From an uncultured Corynebacterium sp. (GTDB lineage: Bacteria > Actinomycetota > Actinomycetes > Mycobacteriales > Mycobacteriaceae), in NCBI GenBank assembly GCA_946222625.1, contig CAMILJ010000001.1, positions 1-44,945 of the forward strand: a DNA stretch of 44,945 bases, read 5' to 3'. Below, piece after piece: positions 1 through 9,305 of the stretch. A program made the position numbers and the translations under genes. The notes beneath the pieces were generated by a model. That model saw only the letters and a list, made by a program, of their open reading frames with translations. It ran no database searches and was not told the origin of the DNA. Position 1 is the first letter of the stretch. The number at the start of each line of letters is the position of its first letter.

Positions 1-17
1 TCCCGTCGTCGGCTCCA
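1..17 (+). repeat. att core (left junction), TCCCGTCGTCGGCTCCA
   Basis: Identical to 44929-44945 and ends in CCA like a tRNA 3' end. Confidence 0.93.
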
Positions 18-127
18 ATCCCAATCTCACAGCCCGCTACCTGCGGGTTTGCCCCACGACCAGGGAGTTCCCCATATAGGGGCGCACCAGGTCACAGGCG
101 CAAACATGCGCACTCGTGAGCGTAACT

Positions 128-149
128 GTGGGCACGCGGTGGGCACGCG
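128..149 (+). promoter_or_regulatory. Putative integrase arm-type sites (GTGGGCACGCG x2)
   Basis: 11-bp tandem repeat near the left att, with a related pair at 44858-44879. Confidence 0.65.
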
Positions 150-219
150 GTAAGCCTATCGTGACTGTCCTGATAGGGAACCCCGTCTGAAAAATCAATA
201 ACTTTCATGGTTAACTTCG

Positions 220-675
220 TTATCCCTGCTCTTGCCAGTACTTGCCACCTTCAGGGCCACCCGGGCGATTTCTCTCAGTTGATTGGTGCCATTCCAGACA
301 CAAGAACACGGAATTTCTTCCGTTAACCACGGCCTCAACCTTAGAGTTGGGGATGTAATATTCGCCTTGCTTCCAAGGGAAAAACCGCAAGTTATCAAAT
401 TCATACGTGTAGCCAACATTTTTCCAGTACGAATATTCATCCCAGCCGCTACCGGGCTGAGAGGTGCCACTATCAGACGTATGGTCCCGGATGCATTCAT
501 AAACAAAACCATCCCGCGAAACCAGATCACCCTTTTGGTATTCGAGTCCGCTAGCCCACGGCCACACCTCCACGGCGGAGGAAAACACTTTCTTTCCCCC
601 GTACCAGGCTTCCTTGATCTTCTTGCCGCCGTAGTACAGCTCTTTAACCTTTTTGCTTCCGATATACGCAGGCAT
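220..675 (-). CDS. Tail-associated protein with two CBM5/12-like carbohydrate-binding modules
   Basis: Two W-x2-G-x2-Y-x4-V...G-x-Y/F-x-C-x3-H-x-S...P-G...YW units; lies directly downstream of the tail fibre. Confidence 0.6.
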   Translation of the reverse strand: MPAYIGSKKVKELYYGGKKIKEAWYGGKKVFSSAVEVWPWASGLEYQKGDLVSRDGFVYECIRDHTSDSGTSQPGSGWDEYSYWKNVGYTYEFDNLRFFPWKQGEYYIPNSKVEAVVNGRNSVFLCLEWHQSTERNRPGGPEGGKYWQEQG

Positions 676-677
676 GA

Positions 678-2474
678 CTACTCCGTAATCACGTAGAGAA
701 CATCCGACGCCGGTTTAGACGGCAACGAGGAAACGACCTGAATACGCGAATCAACATACGACTTCGACGTAGCGGAGCTAGTGGTAGGCGGCGTTTCCGG
801 TACAACAATCGCACCGTTGTTGTACCGCTGCACAATCGTGTTAGCCGTAGCCGCCTGCCGCACCAAAGGCATATCCGAAACATCCGCCATGGTGTGCTTA
901 TGGTTCTTATCCGCCTTCTTATCGCCAACGGAATCGACGTAAGACTTCGAGGTTGCGGAAGTGGACGTAGGTGGCGGGTCCGGCACGAGGACTGCGCCAT
1001 TACTATAACGCTGCACAAGCGCACCACCAGAAACATTGGTGTCAATCTTCGGGAGGTCGCTAATATCAGACACGGTATGCGTATGTCCGTCCTGTGCACT
1101 CATCTTCCACGACGACCAATTCCCGTTATACAAACCACGCGTCCATACCCGGTTGTTGTTCCCGTATCGGGTGTAGCGCTGATAGGTCATCCCGCCATCC
1201 GGGTTGAACACCTCAAGAAGGCCAGCCCCTACATCAGGCGGATAGTTAGTGCCAGACCGCGCGTCCCTGTCCATGTTCTGATGGAAGACGCCCGTTTTCG
1301 TATAGGTGTCTAGATCTTTCGACCCAGGGATTGTTTGGATTGCCAACGGGAACGCGGTGTCGTCCACGTACTTCTTGGAAGCGGCCACCGCGTCGCCGTC
1401 TGGTACGGTTGGAACCGCAATCTGCCCGGTGGAGTACCGTTTAACCAGGGCACCCCCCTTGACCGCGTAGTCAATCGGGGGCAGGTCCGTGATGTCCGCC
1501 ACCTTGTGCTTGTGGTCCTCGGGTGGGAACACTGAAGGTTTGCCACTAACTCCCGCCCACGTTGTCGCGCCGTCCTTACCATCCGCACCCTTAGGGCCAG
1601 TGGGTCCTTGCGGTCCAGCCGCGCCACGCGGTCCAGTCGCGCCAGTAGGGCCTTGAGGACCGACGTCGCCCTTGTCGCCCGTGGCACCCTTAGGGCCAGT
1701 CGGGCCAGCGGGGCCAGTCGTACCTTGAGGGCCAACGGGGCCAACGTCACCCTTCGGTCCGGTAAGGGAAGGCGAGGTCTTCCCATTGACCGTGAGCTTG
1801 TCCCCACTCCAGGACGTAGACTCCGCAATCTTGCTGACCCTATCCGCGTCCTGCTTAGCTGACGACGCCGACGCCGCCGCATTCTTCTCAGACGTAGCAG
1901 CCTTCGACGCACTTGTGGACGCAGACGACGCGGAAGCCTTCGCCCCACCCGCAGACGCCGCAGCACTAGTCTCAGACTTCTTCGCCGCCTCAGCCGCCGA
2001 CTCAGAACGGGTAGCCCCATCCTTAGCCGTGCCCGCATCACGCTTAGACGCGCCCGCATTAGCCTTAACCTCAGCCGCCGTGGAATCCATCTCCTCTTTG
2101 AGATTGCGAGCCGAAGCCAACAAACGCTGAGCATCCGAAATCACCGGAGGCGAGTAATCGTACTGTCCGGCAATCAGCTCACGCAGCGGAATAGTAGACG
2201 TGCCCTTAGGAACGTTGACCTCGAAGGTGTCCCTGCCGCTAATCTGCCGCACATCAAACTGCACAATCAGCGGGCCTGCCTCGATACCTTGAAGCGTCAC
2301 AACACCGGAGGCATCAAAGTGATACTTGCGCGGCGACGGGGCCACCGTGAAATCACCCGTGGTTGCCGGACGAAACGCAGGTGCCCACACCGTCACAGAG
2401 TCCCTACGGTTAGCGTGCTTTCCAGTTGGCTCACCACCAACATCCCTAAGATCAATCTTGATATTTACCATCAC
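678..2474 (-). CDS. Tail fibre with collagen-like repeats
   Basis: Ala/Ser-rich stalk, Gly-X-Y run ([13 protein letters not shown]...), three HxH-x-(V/M)-x-D repeats and a knob-like insert. Confidence 0.85.
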   Translation of the reverse strand: MMVNIKIDLRDVGGEPTGKHANRRDSVTVWAPAFRPATTGDFTVAPSPRKYHFDASGVVTLQGIEAGPLIVQFDVRQISGRDTFEVNVPKGTSTIPLRELIAGQYDYSPPVISDAQRLLASARNLKEEMDSTAAEVKANAGASKRDAGTAKDGATRSESAAEAAKKSETSAAASAGGAKASASSASTSASKAATSEKNAAASASSAKQDADRVSKIAESTSWSGDKLTVNGKTSPSLTGPKGDVGPVGPQGTTGPAGPTGPKGATGDKGDVGPQGPTGATGPRGAAGPQGPTGPKGADGKDGATTWAGVSGKPSVFPPEDHKHKVADITDLPPIDYAVKGGALVKRYSTGQIAVPTVPDGDAVAASKKYVDDTAFPLAIQTIPGSKDLDTYTKTGVFHQNMDRDARSGTNYPPDVGAGLLEVFNPDGGMTYQRYTRYGNNNRVWTRGLYNGNWSSWKMSAQDGHTHTVSDISDLPKIDTNVSGGALVQRYSNGAVLVPDPPPTSTSATSKSYVDSVGDKKADKNHKHTMADVSDMPLVRQAATANTIVQRYNNGAIVVPETPPTTSSATSKSYVDSRIQVVSSLPSKPASDVLYVITE

Positions 2475-4351
2475 TACTCCTTTGGATCAGACATGTATGA
2501 GACGGTGCGCGTCCAGGTCTTCAAAGTGCGTTGCGCCGCTGTGTCACCCGTGGTGTATGCCTCGAAGGAAACCTTGTCGCCCTTGTTGAACACCACCGAC
2601 TGCTCGTCGATACTCATAACGCGCACACCGTTACCAAGCGGAGTCAGTGGGCCAACACCATCCTTCGGTCCGACACTCGCCACAACACTGCCATTGCGTG
2701 TCACGCGCACGCCGTAACGGTTGTGGAAGGTTGCAGCCTTCCACACAACATCGAAGGAGAAACGGTGCACCGTCGTACGCTGCACAGTGAACGTATTGAT
2801 GTTGACCCAGCGACCGCTCGCAGGCGTGTATTCGCCAGCTGGGGCACCGTCGGGGAATATCTCAATGATGCGCCGTCCACGAGCCACGGAATAGTCCACA
2901 GCAATCGTGTCGGTTGACCCGGAGGTTACAGTCACGGGCAGCTTGATAGTGCGCGAACCGTCGGACAATGGAATGGGATACAACATCTCGCTAGCAACGT
3001 TGAGCTCATCCTTCCCAGCTCTGTGCCGCGTCCGGTAAACACGAACTGATGCCTCACCGGACCATGACCCCTTAGCCCGAAGCTCGTTCTGATCCGGGCG
3101 CACATACCAATGCTCATTCTCCGTAGCCTGCGTCCCGTTGCGCTGGGCCACCAGCTTGCGGAAGATGAACTCAGCCTGCTCCCTAGCAATCTCCGCCAAC
3201 TCGTCTTGGTTCATGCGCAGACGCTTAAGGATTGTGTCGAACTGCTCATTTGTTGACCGCTGCTCACGCTGAAAGTCCTTATCAAGCGTGTTGAGCTGTT
3301 CCTGCTTAGCCTGCCAACCAGTCGTCTTATCGTTGAAGTCTCGCTGCAACTTCCACAACGACGTGTTGTTCTCGTTGTACCACTTCTGAACCGTCACAAA
3401 GTCTTTGACAAACCCGTTAAAAGTGGTCTGGTCCGAGTTGATTTTCACCTGCTCATTGAGGGTAGCTGTGACCTTTTGGTTCCAGTTGGTTTGCAGGTCA
3501 TTCCACTCAGTTTGTAGCTTCCACTGACCGTTATTCCAGTCGTTATACCAGGACTGCATTTGAATGATTTGCTGCCCGCGCTCCTGCCAGAACTCGGCAA
3601 ACGACTTACCATCCGGCGCAACAGTAAGCGCGGCAACCTTCGATGCCAGGGAGCCGCCCTTGTTCAGCCCGTCGGAGATCTTCTTCTCCACCGCAGCCTG
3701 AGCTTTCTCCAACTCAGCGGCCAGGTTCAGATTGGTGCGCATCTCCTCCATCGCGGCGGCGATACGCGCATCCATCCCGTTCTTGAAAGCCACCAGTTCA
3801 TCCACAGTCTTCGAGACCTTGCTGGAGGCCAACTCCAAGCTTGCTACCTGACCCTTAATCTGGTCGTTGACCTTCGTTTGGTCTTGGCGAATCTTAGTCT
3901 GACCTTGCAAGACTGACTCATACTTGGCGGTCAGCCCACGCTGCTTCTCAAGAAGCTTCTGTATCTCATCCTGCGCCGCATCAATCGCTTTATTGTTCTC
4001 GTCAATACGGTCGAACATGGGCTTCACAGCGGCTTCAAGATCCGCCCTGATTGGGGATATGTAATCCGGGATAACATCATCCGGGTCCTTCGAGAAGAAT
4101 GCCCCTAGTGTCCGAAAGACTGTCGTGAGGATATTGCGCAGGCCCGACATAATCCACTTAAAAGCCCCCACTGCCAACTCCGCAGCGCCCCCCAACACCT
4201 TGCCGATAGTCTCCACAACCCCATTAAGGAGCTTGTAAAACGCCTCAGCAATAGGCCCAAACCCAATACCAGGACGCGCGTCAGCGCTCGTGGGCGAATC
4301 ATCCCGGCGCGCGACGTACTTGTATCCGGGTTCAATGCTGGAGGTTGTCAT
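2474..4351 (-). CDS. Minor tail protein (coiled coil plus C-terminal beta domain)
   Basis: 625 aa, long heptad/Q-W-N repeats, coupled to the tail fibre gene. Confidence 0.7.
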   Translation of the reverse strand: MTTSSIEPGYKYVARRDDSPTSADARPGIGFGPIAEAFYKLLNGVVETIGKVLGGAAELAVGAFKWIMSGLRNILTTVFRTLGAFFSKDPDDVIPDYISPIRADLEAAVKPMFDRIDENNKAIDAAQDEIQKLLEKQRGLTAKYESVLQGQTKIRQDQTKVNDQIKGQVASLELASSKVSKTVDELVAFKNGMDARIAAAMEEMRTNLNLAAELEKAQAAVEKKISDGLNKGGSLASKVAALTVAPDGKSFAEFWQERGQQIIQMQSWYNDWNNGQWKLQTEWNDLQTNWNQKVTATLNEQVKINSDQTTFNGFVKDFVTVQKWYNENNTSLWKLQRDFNDKTTGWQAKQEQLNTLDKDFQREQRSTNEQFDTILKRLRMNQDELAEIAREQAEFIFRKLVAQRNGTQATENEHWYVRPDQNELRAKGSWSGEASVRVYRTRHRAGKDELNVASEMLYPIPLSDGSRTIKLPVTVTSGSTDTIAVDYSVARGRRIIEIFPDGAPAGEYTPASGRWVNINTFTVQRTTVHRFSFDVVWKAATFHNRYGVRVTRNGSVVASVGPKDGVGPLTPLGNGVRVMSIDEQSVVFNKGDKVSFEAYTTGDTAAQRTLKTWTRTVSYMSDPKE

Positions 4352-4386
4352 GTGGCACCTTCGTTGTTGTCCCTATTTGGCAACCC

Positions 4387-4557
4387 TCAGCCTACACTGG
4401 GCGGGTCGTATCGCAGTCCCTTGTCGTACAACCATTCTGCGATTCGGGCTACGGGTCCGAGGAATACCATGTCTATTGCGGGGTAGCCGTCGCCGGCGGG
4501 GACGTTGATGTGGCCGAGGAGGTGGCTAATCTGGCGTATCTGTTCGATCTTGTCCAT
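4387..4557 (-). CDS. Small hypothetical protein (56 aa, not in ORF track)
   Basis: Manual translation MDKIEQIRQISHLLGHINVPAGDGYPAIDMVFLGPVARIAEWLYDKGLRYDPPSVG fills the gap in the operon. Confidence 0.5.
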   Translation of the reverse strand: MDKIEQIRQISHLLGHINVPAGDGYPAIDMVFLGPVARIAEWLYDKGLRYDPPSVG

Positions 4558-4900
4558 CAGGTAATCCGTTCTCTGCGAGTATGCGTTTTAGCTGGGCGTT
4601 GGCTTGGGAGAGGCGCAGGTTCTCGTCCAGGATGACATTCATTTCCGTTATGAGTTTTTCGTTGCGCTCTCGGTACATGTCGGCCTCGTCTATGAGGACG
4701 GCTATTTGGTTGTCGAAACGTTGTTCAATGAGTACTTCGAGTTCGCGTTGTGCGTTGACAGCGCGGGTTTTACGTGCACTGAACCAGGAGCCGAGGGGGC
4801 CGAGGAGTTTTTGGATTCGCTCGGAGACGGTGATGAGAAAGGACAGAACGGCGAGTATGCCTGCGGAGTAGATAGCCCACGTGCTTGATAACTCTTCCAC
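4526..4900 (-). CDS. Membrane protein with coiled coil (lysis cassette)
   Basis: GTG start after AGAAAGG; N-terminal TM segment then coiled coil. Confidence 0.7.
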   Translation of the reverse strand: MEELSSTWAIYSAGILAVLSFLITVSERIQKLLGPLGSWFSARKTRAVNAQRELEVLIEQRFDNQIAVLIDEADMYRERNEKLITEMNVILDENLRLSQANAQLKRILAENGLPDGQDRTDTPD

Positions 4901-4905
4901 GGGGG

Positions 4906-5403
4906 CTATCCTTTCTCGATATTTACGGCATGTTCGGCTAGTTCGGTGAGGGCTTTCCATCGCACGAAGGTGGAGAAGCCGAAGAGGAAGTGCATGACCG
5001 CAATGCCAAACAGTAGTGCTAGTCCTCCGCGCCAACCTCCAGGCGTGTCGTCGGTCACGCCTTGAATGAATATCCCGGTTCCCATCATGGCCCAGACCGC
5101 GCAGAGTACTGCGTGCCCGTAGGCGAGGCTGAGTAGGCGGGGTGGGTCGAGCGACCCTACCAGCATGAGTAGTGCCCCGAACAATAGAAGTATTGCCCAT
5201 AGCCATAGTGGCGCGGCGCGTTCGATGGCGAACAGGCTTTTCGGCACTTCGTGCAGGAGGGTGAGGTACAGGTATTCCAGGGCGCGGGCTATTGCTGCGA
5301 TGCCTAGAGCGGCATTAGCTATGAAGAATAGGCGCGGCCCTAGGCTTACGAGGAGGCTTGGCTTGCCCCTCACAATCCGTGTTTCCCGTTTCGATCGGAG
5401 CAT
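4906..5403 (-). CDS. Multi-pass membrane protein (holin-like)
   Basis: About four hydrophobic segments; start reassigned to ATG at 5403. Confidence 0.7.
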   Translation of the reverse strand: MLRSKRETRIVRGKPSLLVSLGPRLFFIANAALGIAAIARALEYLYLTLLHEVPKSLFAIERAAPLWLWAILLLFGALLMLVGSLDPPRLLSLAYGHAVLCAVWAMMGTGIFIQGVTDDTPGGWRGGLALLFGIAVMHFLFGFSTFVRWKALTELAEHAVNIEKG

Positions 5404-5405
5404 GA

Positions 5406-5729
5406 CTACTGGGGGCTGATGCCGTGCGCATGGTCGATTTGGTGGGCGATTGTAGAGCGCACCATGTTCTGCTGAGCGCGGGTTGCTTCCGGCTTGTAGT
5501 AGCGGATGCCTAGGGCATTCGCTGCTCCGAGCACCACAACAAGGGAGGTTGCCGCCCAGTCGGGAAGGTTCAGGCCGGAGTCGGCAACAACTGCCGCAAT
5601 GGCCAGCACCCAAGCCACAACAGTCATCACAGTTCCCTTGTAGCGCTTGAGCGCACTGGTCTGATCTGCACGATCCGCCAGTGCCTGCATCACAAAATCT
5701 CCGGTTGCTTGAGGGTTGTGTGTAGCCAT
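5406..5729 (-). CDS. Holin
   Basis: 107 aa with two TM helices, immediately downstream of the endolysin. Confidence 0.7.
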   Translation of the reverse strand: MATHNPQATGDFVMQALADRADQTSALKRYKGTVMTVVAWVLAIAAVVADSGLNLPDWAATSLVVVLGAANALGIRYYKPEATRAQQNMVRSTIAHQIDHAHGISPQ

Positions 5730-6766
5730 TAGCGCGCCTCCTTAAGCAGCTCACGAATCTCGGCCAGTTCCTTGCGGACTTCGGCCAGCTCCTTCTCGCA
5801 CTTCTCCGACGCCACCTTTGCGTCATATGAGTGTGCGTTGCCGTTGACGATGTGCTCCCACAGTGGCCCCTTCCAGCTAGAGCCAGCCACACGAGAGTTG
5901 AACACGTGTTCAAGATTTGTTGACATTTCTTTCTCCTTCAACGCGGCTAGGAACGTGGCCCGTGAGACCTGCCCCCAGCCATAGATTTTGTTTCGCCGCT
6001 GCACCGCGCGCGCAGCATCACGTGTCGCCGCGTCGTACACGCCCGTAACAGGAACATCTACCGTCTCCTGGAATACGCGCAGTGAGCGCATCTTGTACTG
6101 CGGTTCCCCATACATTCCGCTAATGGAATTGTCCGGCCCCGACAACGGTCCGTAGTACTCATCACCTGTCAGCGTCCACGCGTCACGGGCATGATCCACA
6201 GGTGCCTGCGATCCGGTAATCACACGCCCTGGGCCTGCCATGATTTGTCGGCGCACTTGGTCACGAGTGAGGTTCATATCCACATTGCCGGGGTCCCACT
6301 TACCCATGGTGGAATACTCTTTGTGCCCAACAACGGAGCTAGTAGCAGAGCGCTGAATCTTACGAGAGATAGCAGCCATGGCCTTCACCATCGCCTCACG
6401 CTGGGCGTTCGTGATGTTCTTTCCGTCGTACTGCACCTCGAAGCCGATCGTGTGCCAGTTCGCTGCATTAGCGGGAATATCCTTGTAGCGGCCCTTTCCG
6501 CCATGCCACGCCACGCCAGCTGCCACAATCGTCATGACTCCCTCGCGGTTGACATGCACATTGCAGATAGGCCCCGGCAAGTCAGAGCGGCCACGCGCAC
6601 AGAACTCAGCACTAGTGTTATTCGACCCGGTGTGGTGATACATAGATCCCCAAATCCAGCCGAAGTCACCATGCCCCCGGTCCTTCCAACCGGGCATCTC
6701 AACAACTGTCAGCCCCTCCGCGCGCAGCACGTCAGCAAGCCAGACAGGATCTCCAGTCCAACCCAT
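5729..6766 (-). CDS. Endolysin (LysA), N-acetylmuramoyl-L-alanine amidase with peptidoglycan-binding region
   Basis: MGWTGDPVWLADVLR N-terminus; HHT, AWHGG, IGFE, GHKE and KWDPG amidase-2 motifs; TGVYDAATRDA PG-binding-like motif. Confidence 0.92.
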   Translation of the reverse strand: MGWTGDPVWLADVLRAEGLTVVEMPGWKDRGHGDFGWIWGSMYHHTGSNNTSAEFCARGRSDLPGPICNVHVNREGVMTIVAAGVAWHGGKGRYKDIPANAANWHTIGFEVQYDGKNITNAQREAMVKAMAAISRKIQRSATSSVVGHKEYSTMGKWDPGNVDMNLTRDQVRRQIMAGPGRVITGSQAPVDHARDAWTLTGDEYYGPLSGPDNSISGMYGEPQYKMRSLRVFQETVDVPVTGVYDAATRDAARAVQRRNKIYGWGQVSRATFLAALKEKEMSTNLEHVFNSRVAGSSWKGPLWEHIVNGNAHSYDAKVASEKCEKELAEVRKELAEIRELLKEAR

Positions 6767-6941
6767 ATCAACTCCTCCCAGCAACAACCCTAGGATACCC
6801 CACACGGGATAACACACCCAGTTTGACAGATGCTCCCCATATTGGGATACTTCTTGTGGGAGCTACCCCTGTTACCACACCCCAACAAGGGGTAGCACCC
6901 CTACCACACAAATACATCTTCCGTTTGGTAGTCGGGTAGAC

Positions 6942-6979
6942 AAACCCCCCAAGTGCTGTGCTTTTAGCTTGGGGGGTTT
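6942..6979. terminator. Intrinsic terminator-like hairpin
   Basis: AAACCCCCCAAG...CTTGGGGGGTTT inverted repeat just after the minor tail gene stop. Confidence 0.7.
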
Positions 6980-6981
6980 AA

Positions 6982-8463
6982 TCATTCCGTCAGCGTGGCC
7001 TTGTTCACCAACGTCGCCAAACCCTGCAAAGCCTTGAGCACAGACTCCTGCGGATCGCGGCGCGGCCTATCCGAAATCTGAAACTCCAACTGCGAGTCAT
7101 TCGTGGTGGACCAATCGAAATGAACCTCCGTGACAAACGACACGGCATAACGATCGCGCGGCAACTCCAACGCAATCATGGAACCAACCTGCAACAATGC
7201 AGACGACTCAAACGGCATCGCCCCACCCAACGACACCTCATGCGAGCGCGTTGCACGCGTCTTGTACTGGGCTTGGCGCATCAGCATGATCGCATCCAGG
7301 GACAGGCCAATGGACGGGCTGAACGTCTCGAAGAACCCGAGTGGCCCCATGCGCTCACGCCGCGACCAATCATCAAAGCTGTGATACGCCATGAGGCGAT
7401 CGTCCAGAATGTCATCCAGTCCAGCCAAGTCCAAGATGAAGTTGAACGGCGGGGGAAGCAACTGGAAGATAGCCTTCAACCCCGCTGAGAGCATGTCATT
7501 AAACCACTCCTGCGACTTGCCGCCCACCGTGTAGGTAGAACCCGTGGGCTTAACCGTGGTGATGTGGGCGTCTCGGTATTGGTTGCGGCGCAGCATGAAC
7601 TGTGGTTTTCCCCAGTAGTCTACGGCTTTGTTCTCCGCGTCGTAATCGGTGAAGCCGGTAAGGGTATCCCAGGTGTCTTTCCAAAAATCGGTGACGCTTT
7701 TGATAATCCCTTCCCACAACAAACCTCCCGGCGGCAGTTCGGCGCGCTGCTGAATATCCCAGATGAGAGCCATACGGTTAGGGTCATGCCCCGGCGGTGG
7801 AGTCTGCCCACGCCCCGGCAGATACGCCTCATAGCACAGCGTCAGCCCATCAGTGTCAATAAGGTTGCGCACCAGGTCCAGCACTTCGTTCATCTGAATG
7901 CCGATAATTGTTGAGCGCGAATAGTTATCCGCTGACTTGGTGGGCGCAACGTAGTGAACCTGCCCACCAGTCTTCTTGGCCATGCGCTTGAAGTTCGGGG
8001 CGAGTAGCTGCTCCTTAATCAAGCGGGCTACCGGCCCTACAGCCAGCTTAATCTTCGAGATCTGAAACTCCGGCAACAAACGTGGGTTAGGCCACCCATA
8101 CAGGGACTGCAAATGCCGCTCCGGGGACACACCATTCAACGTGATGGAGCTACCCTCCCACGAAACATTCTCATCCACATGGGTAACAAACCACACCGTC
8201 TCCAGCGCCCCGACTTGAATAACCAGCGGTATTGACGCGTCCGGGTGTGCGTCTGCAAACAATGCCTCGTTGACAGAGTTCATCGGAAGCTCCACCCGCA
8301 CCTTGCCAACGTCGTTGAGCACAACGTCAAAGGACAGGTCTAGCACCTCGGCCAGCTCCACAGGGTTAGCGCCGCGACTGTTAAGAGCAAACACCCTCGG
8401 GCGCGGCGCGGTCGCGCGCAGAAACGTATCCTGCTGAACCTTCAACAGCTCTTCATAGCTCAT
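6982..8463 (-). CDS. Minor tail protein (baseplate hub type)
   Basis: Second gene after the tape measure; size and VGGKSQEWFN motif resemble actinophage minor tail proteins. Confidence 0.8.
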   Translation of the reverse strand: MSYEELLKVQQDTFLRATAPRPRVFALNSRGANPVELAEVLDLSFDVVLNDVGKVRVELPMNSVNEALFADAHPDASIPLVIQVGALETVWFVTHVDENVSWEGSSITLNGVSPERHLQSLYGWPNPRLLPEFQISKIKLAVGPVARLIKEQLLAPNFKRMAKKTGGQVHYVAPTKSADNYSRSTIIGIQMNEVLDLVRNLIDTDGLTLCYEAYLPGRGQTPPPGHDPNRMALIWDIQQRAELPPGGLLWEGIIKSVTDFWKDTWDTLTGFTDYDAENKAVDYWGKPQFMLRRNQYRDAHITTVKPTGSTYTVGGKSQEWFNDMLSAGLKAIFQLLPPPFNFILDLAGLDDILDDRLMAYHSFDDWSRRERMGPLGFFETFSPSIGLSLDAIMLMRQAQYKTRATRSHEVSLGGAMPFESSALLQVGSMIALELPRDRYAVSFVTEVHFDWSTTNDSQLEFQISDRPRRDPQESVLKALQGLATLVNKATLTE

Positions 8464-9305
8464 TAGTAGAACTCCTCCCAGCGCGGCGGCATATGCAGTG
8501 TGGCCACACCAGCCGCACTAGAACTGAACGCAAACGTAGATTGCTTGTAGCCAGCCACCACAAACCCAGGGTCTTGATTCCATGTGGTCACAATAGGCTT
8601 CGAGGTCTTCCCCTCGGTGATCACCAGCTCCGTCGGACTAAAGTCAATGAGCGCTTCGCCGCGCACCTTAATCTCGAACTCGCGGCCATGCTTAAAACGC
8701 AAGGTTGTAGCCGGCCCCTGCCAGTAAAAGCGTGGCGAGGCCGGAACCGAGCCGTCATTAAACAAAGGCACACTGTGCATAACACCAGCCTGTGCCTCCA
8801 CCCGTATAGGCTCATAGTCTCCATATGGGTACGGGTCCTCAGTCGAGGCGACAATCATAAGTTTGGCTTTGCCAACCGCCATGGGTGCAATACCGATCAG
8901 ATCCTCGAACTTATCCGCGCGGAACACATCAAGATACTTCCACGGACCATACCCATCATTGAGAGCCAGACGCCCCGTTGGCGGCAGCTGATCCCACTCA
9001 TTATGAGAGGACGGCCAATCCGATTTGAACTGCTCCACAACGCGGCGCGTGTCCTCCGGGGTGCGGCCTTTAATGTCCACCGTCAGCTCCAACGTCAACG
9101 GTTCCGGCACCACACTCACCAAGCGAGACACCCGAGAGCGCGGCGCAGCCTGACGATTAACCTTAAGCCCCGTGCCGTAAAAGCCCTTCGGGGAGCGCAG
9201 CAAAGTCACAGGGTGATTCTCCTGCCCCTGCCCCTGCAACTGCCACTTACGTCCAGTCACAGGCCCGTAATACACCAGCGTCTCACGCCCATACCGTTCA
9301 GCCAT
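8463..9305 (-). CDS. Distal tail (Dit-like) minor tail protein
   Basis: 280 aa directly after the tape measure; DPYPY and NDGSVPASP motifs. Confidence 0.8.
   Translation of the reverse strand: MAERYGRETLVYYGPVTGRKWQLQGQGQENHPVTLLRSPKGFYGTGLKVNRQAAPRSRVSRLVSVVPEPLTLELTVDIKGRTPEDTRRVVEQFKSDWPSSHNEWDQLPPTGRLALNDGYGPWKYLDVFRADKFEDLIGIAPMAVGKAKLMIVASTEDPYPYGDYEPIRVEAQAGVMHSVPLFNDGSVPASPRFYWQGPATTLRFKHGREFEIKVRGEALIDFSPTELVITEGKTSKPIVTTWNQDPGFVVAGYKQSTFAFSSSAAGVATLHMPPRWEEFY

Noticed and set aside
220..2474. Diversity-generating retroelement or invertase-based tail switching
   Set aside because: No reverse transcriptase or serine invertase, and no adenine-specific TR/VR pair was seen; the fibre repeats differ at all base types.
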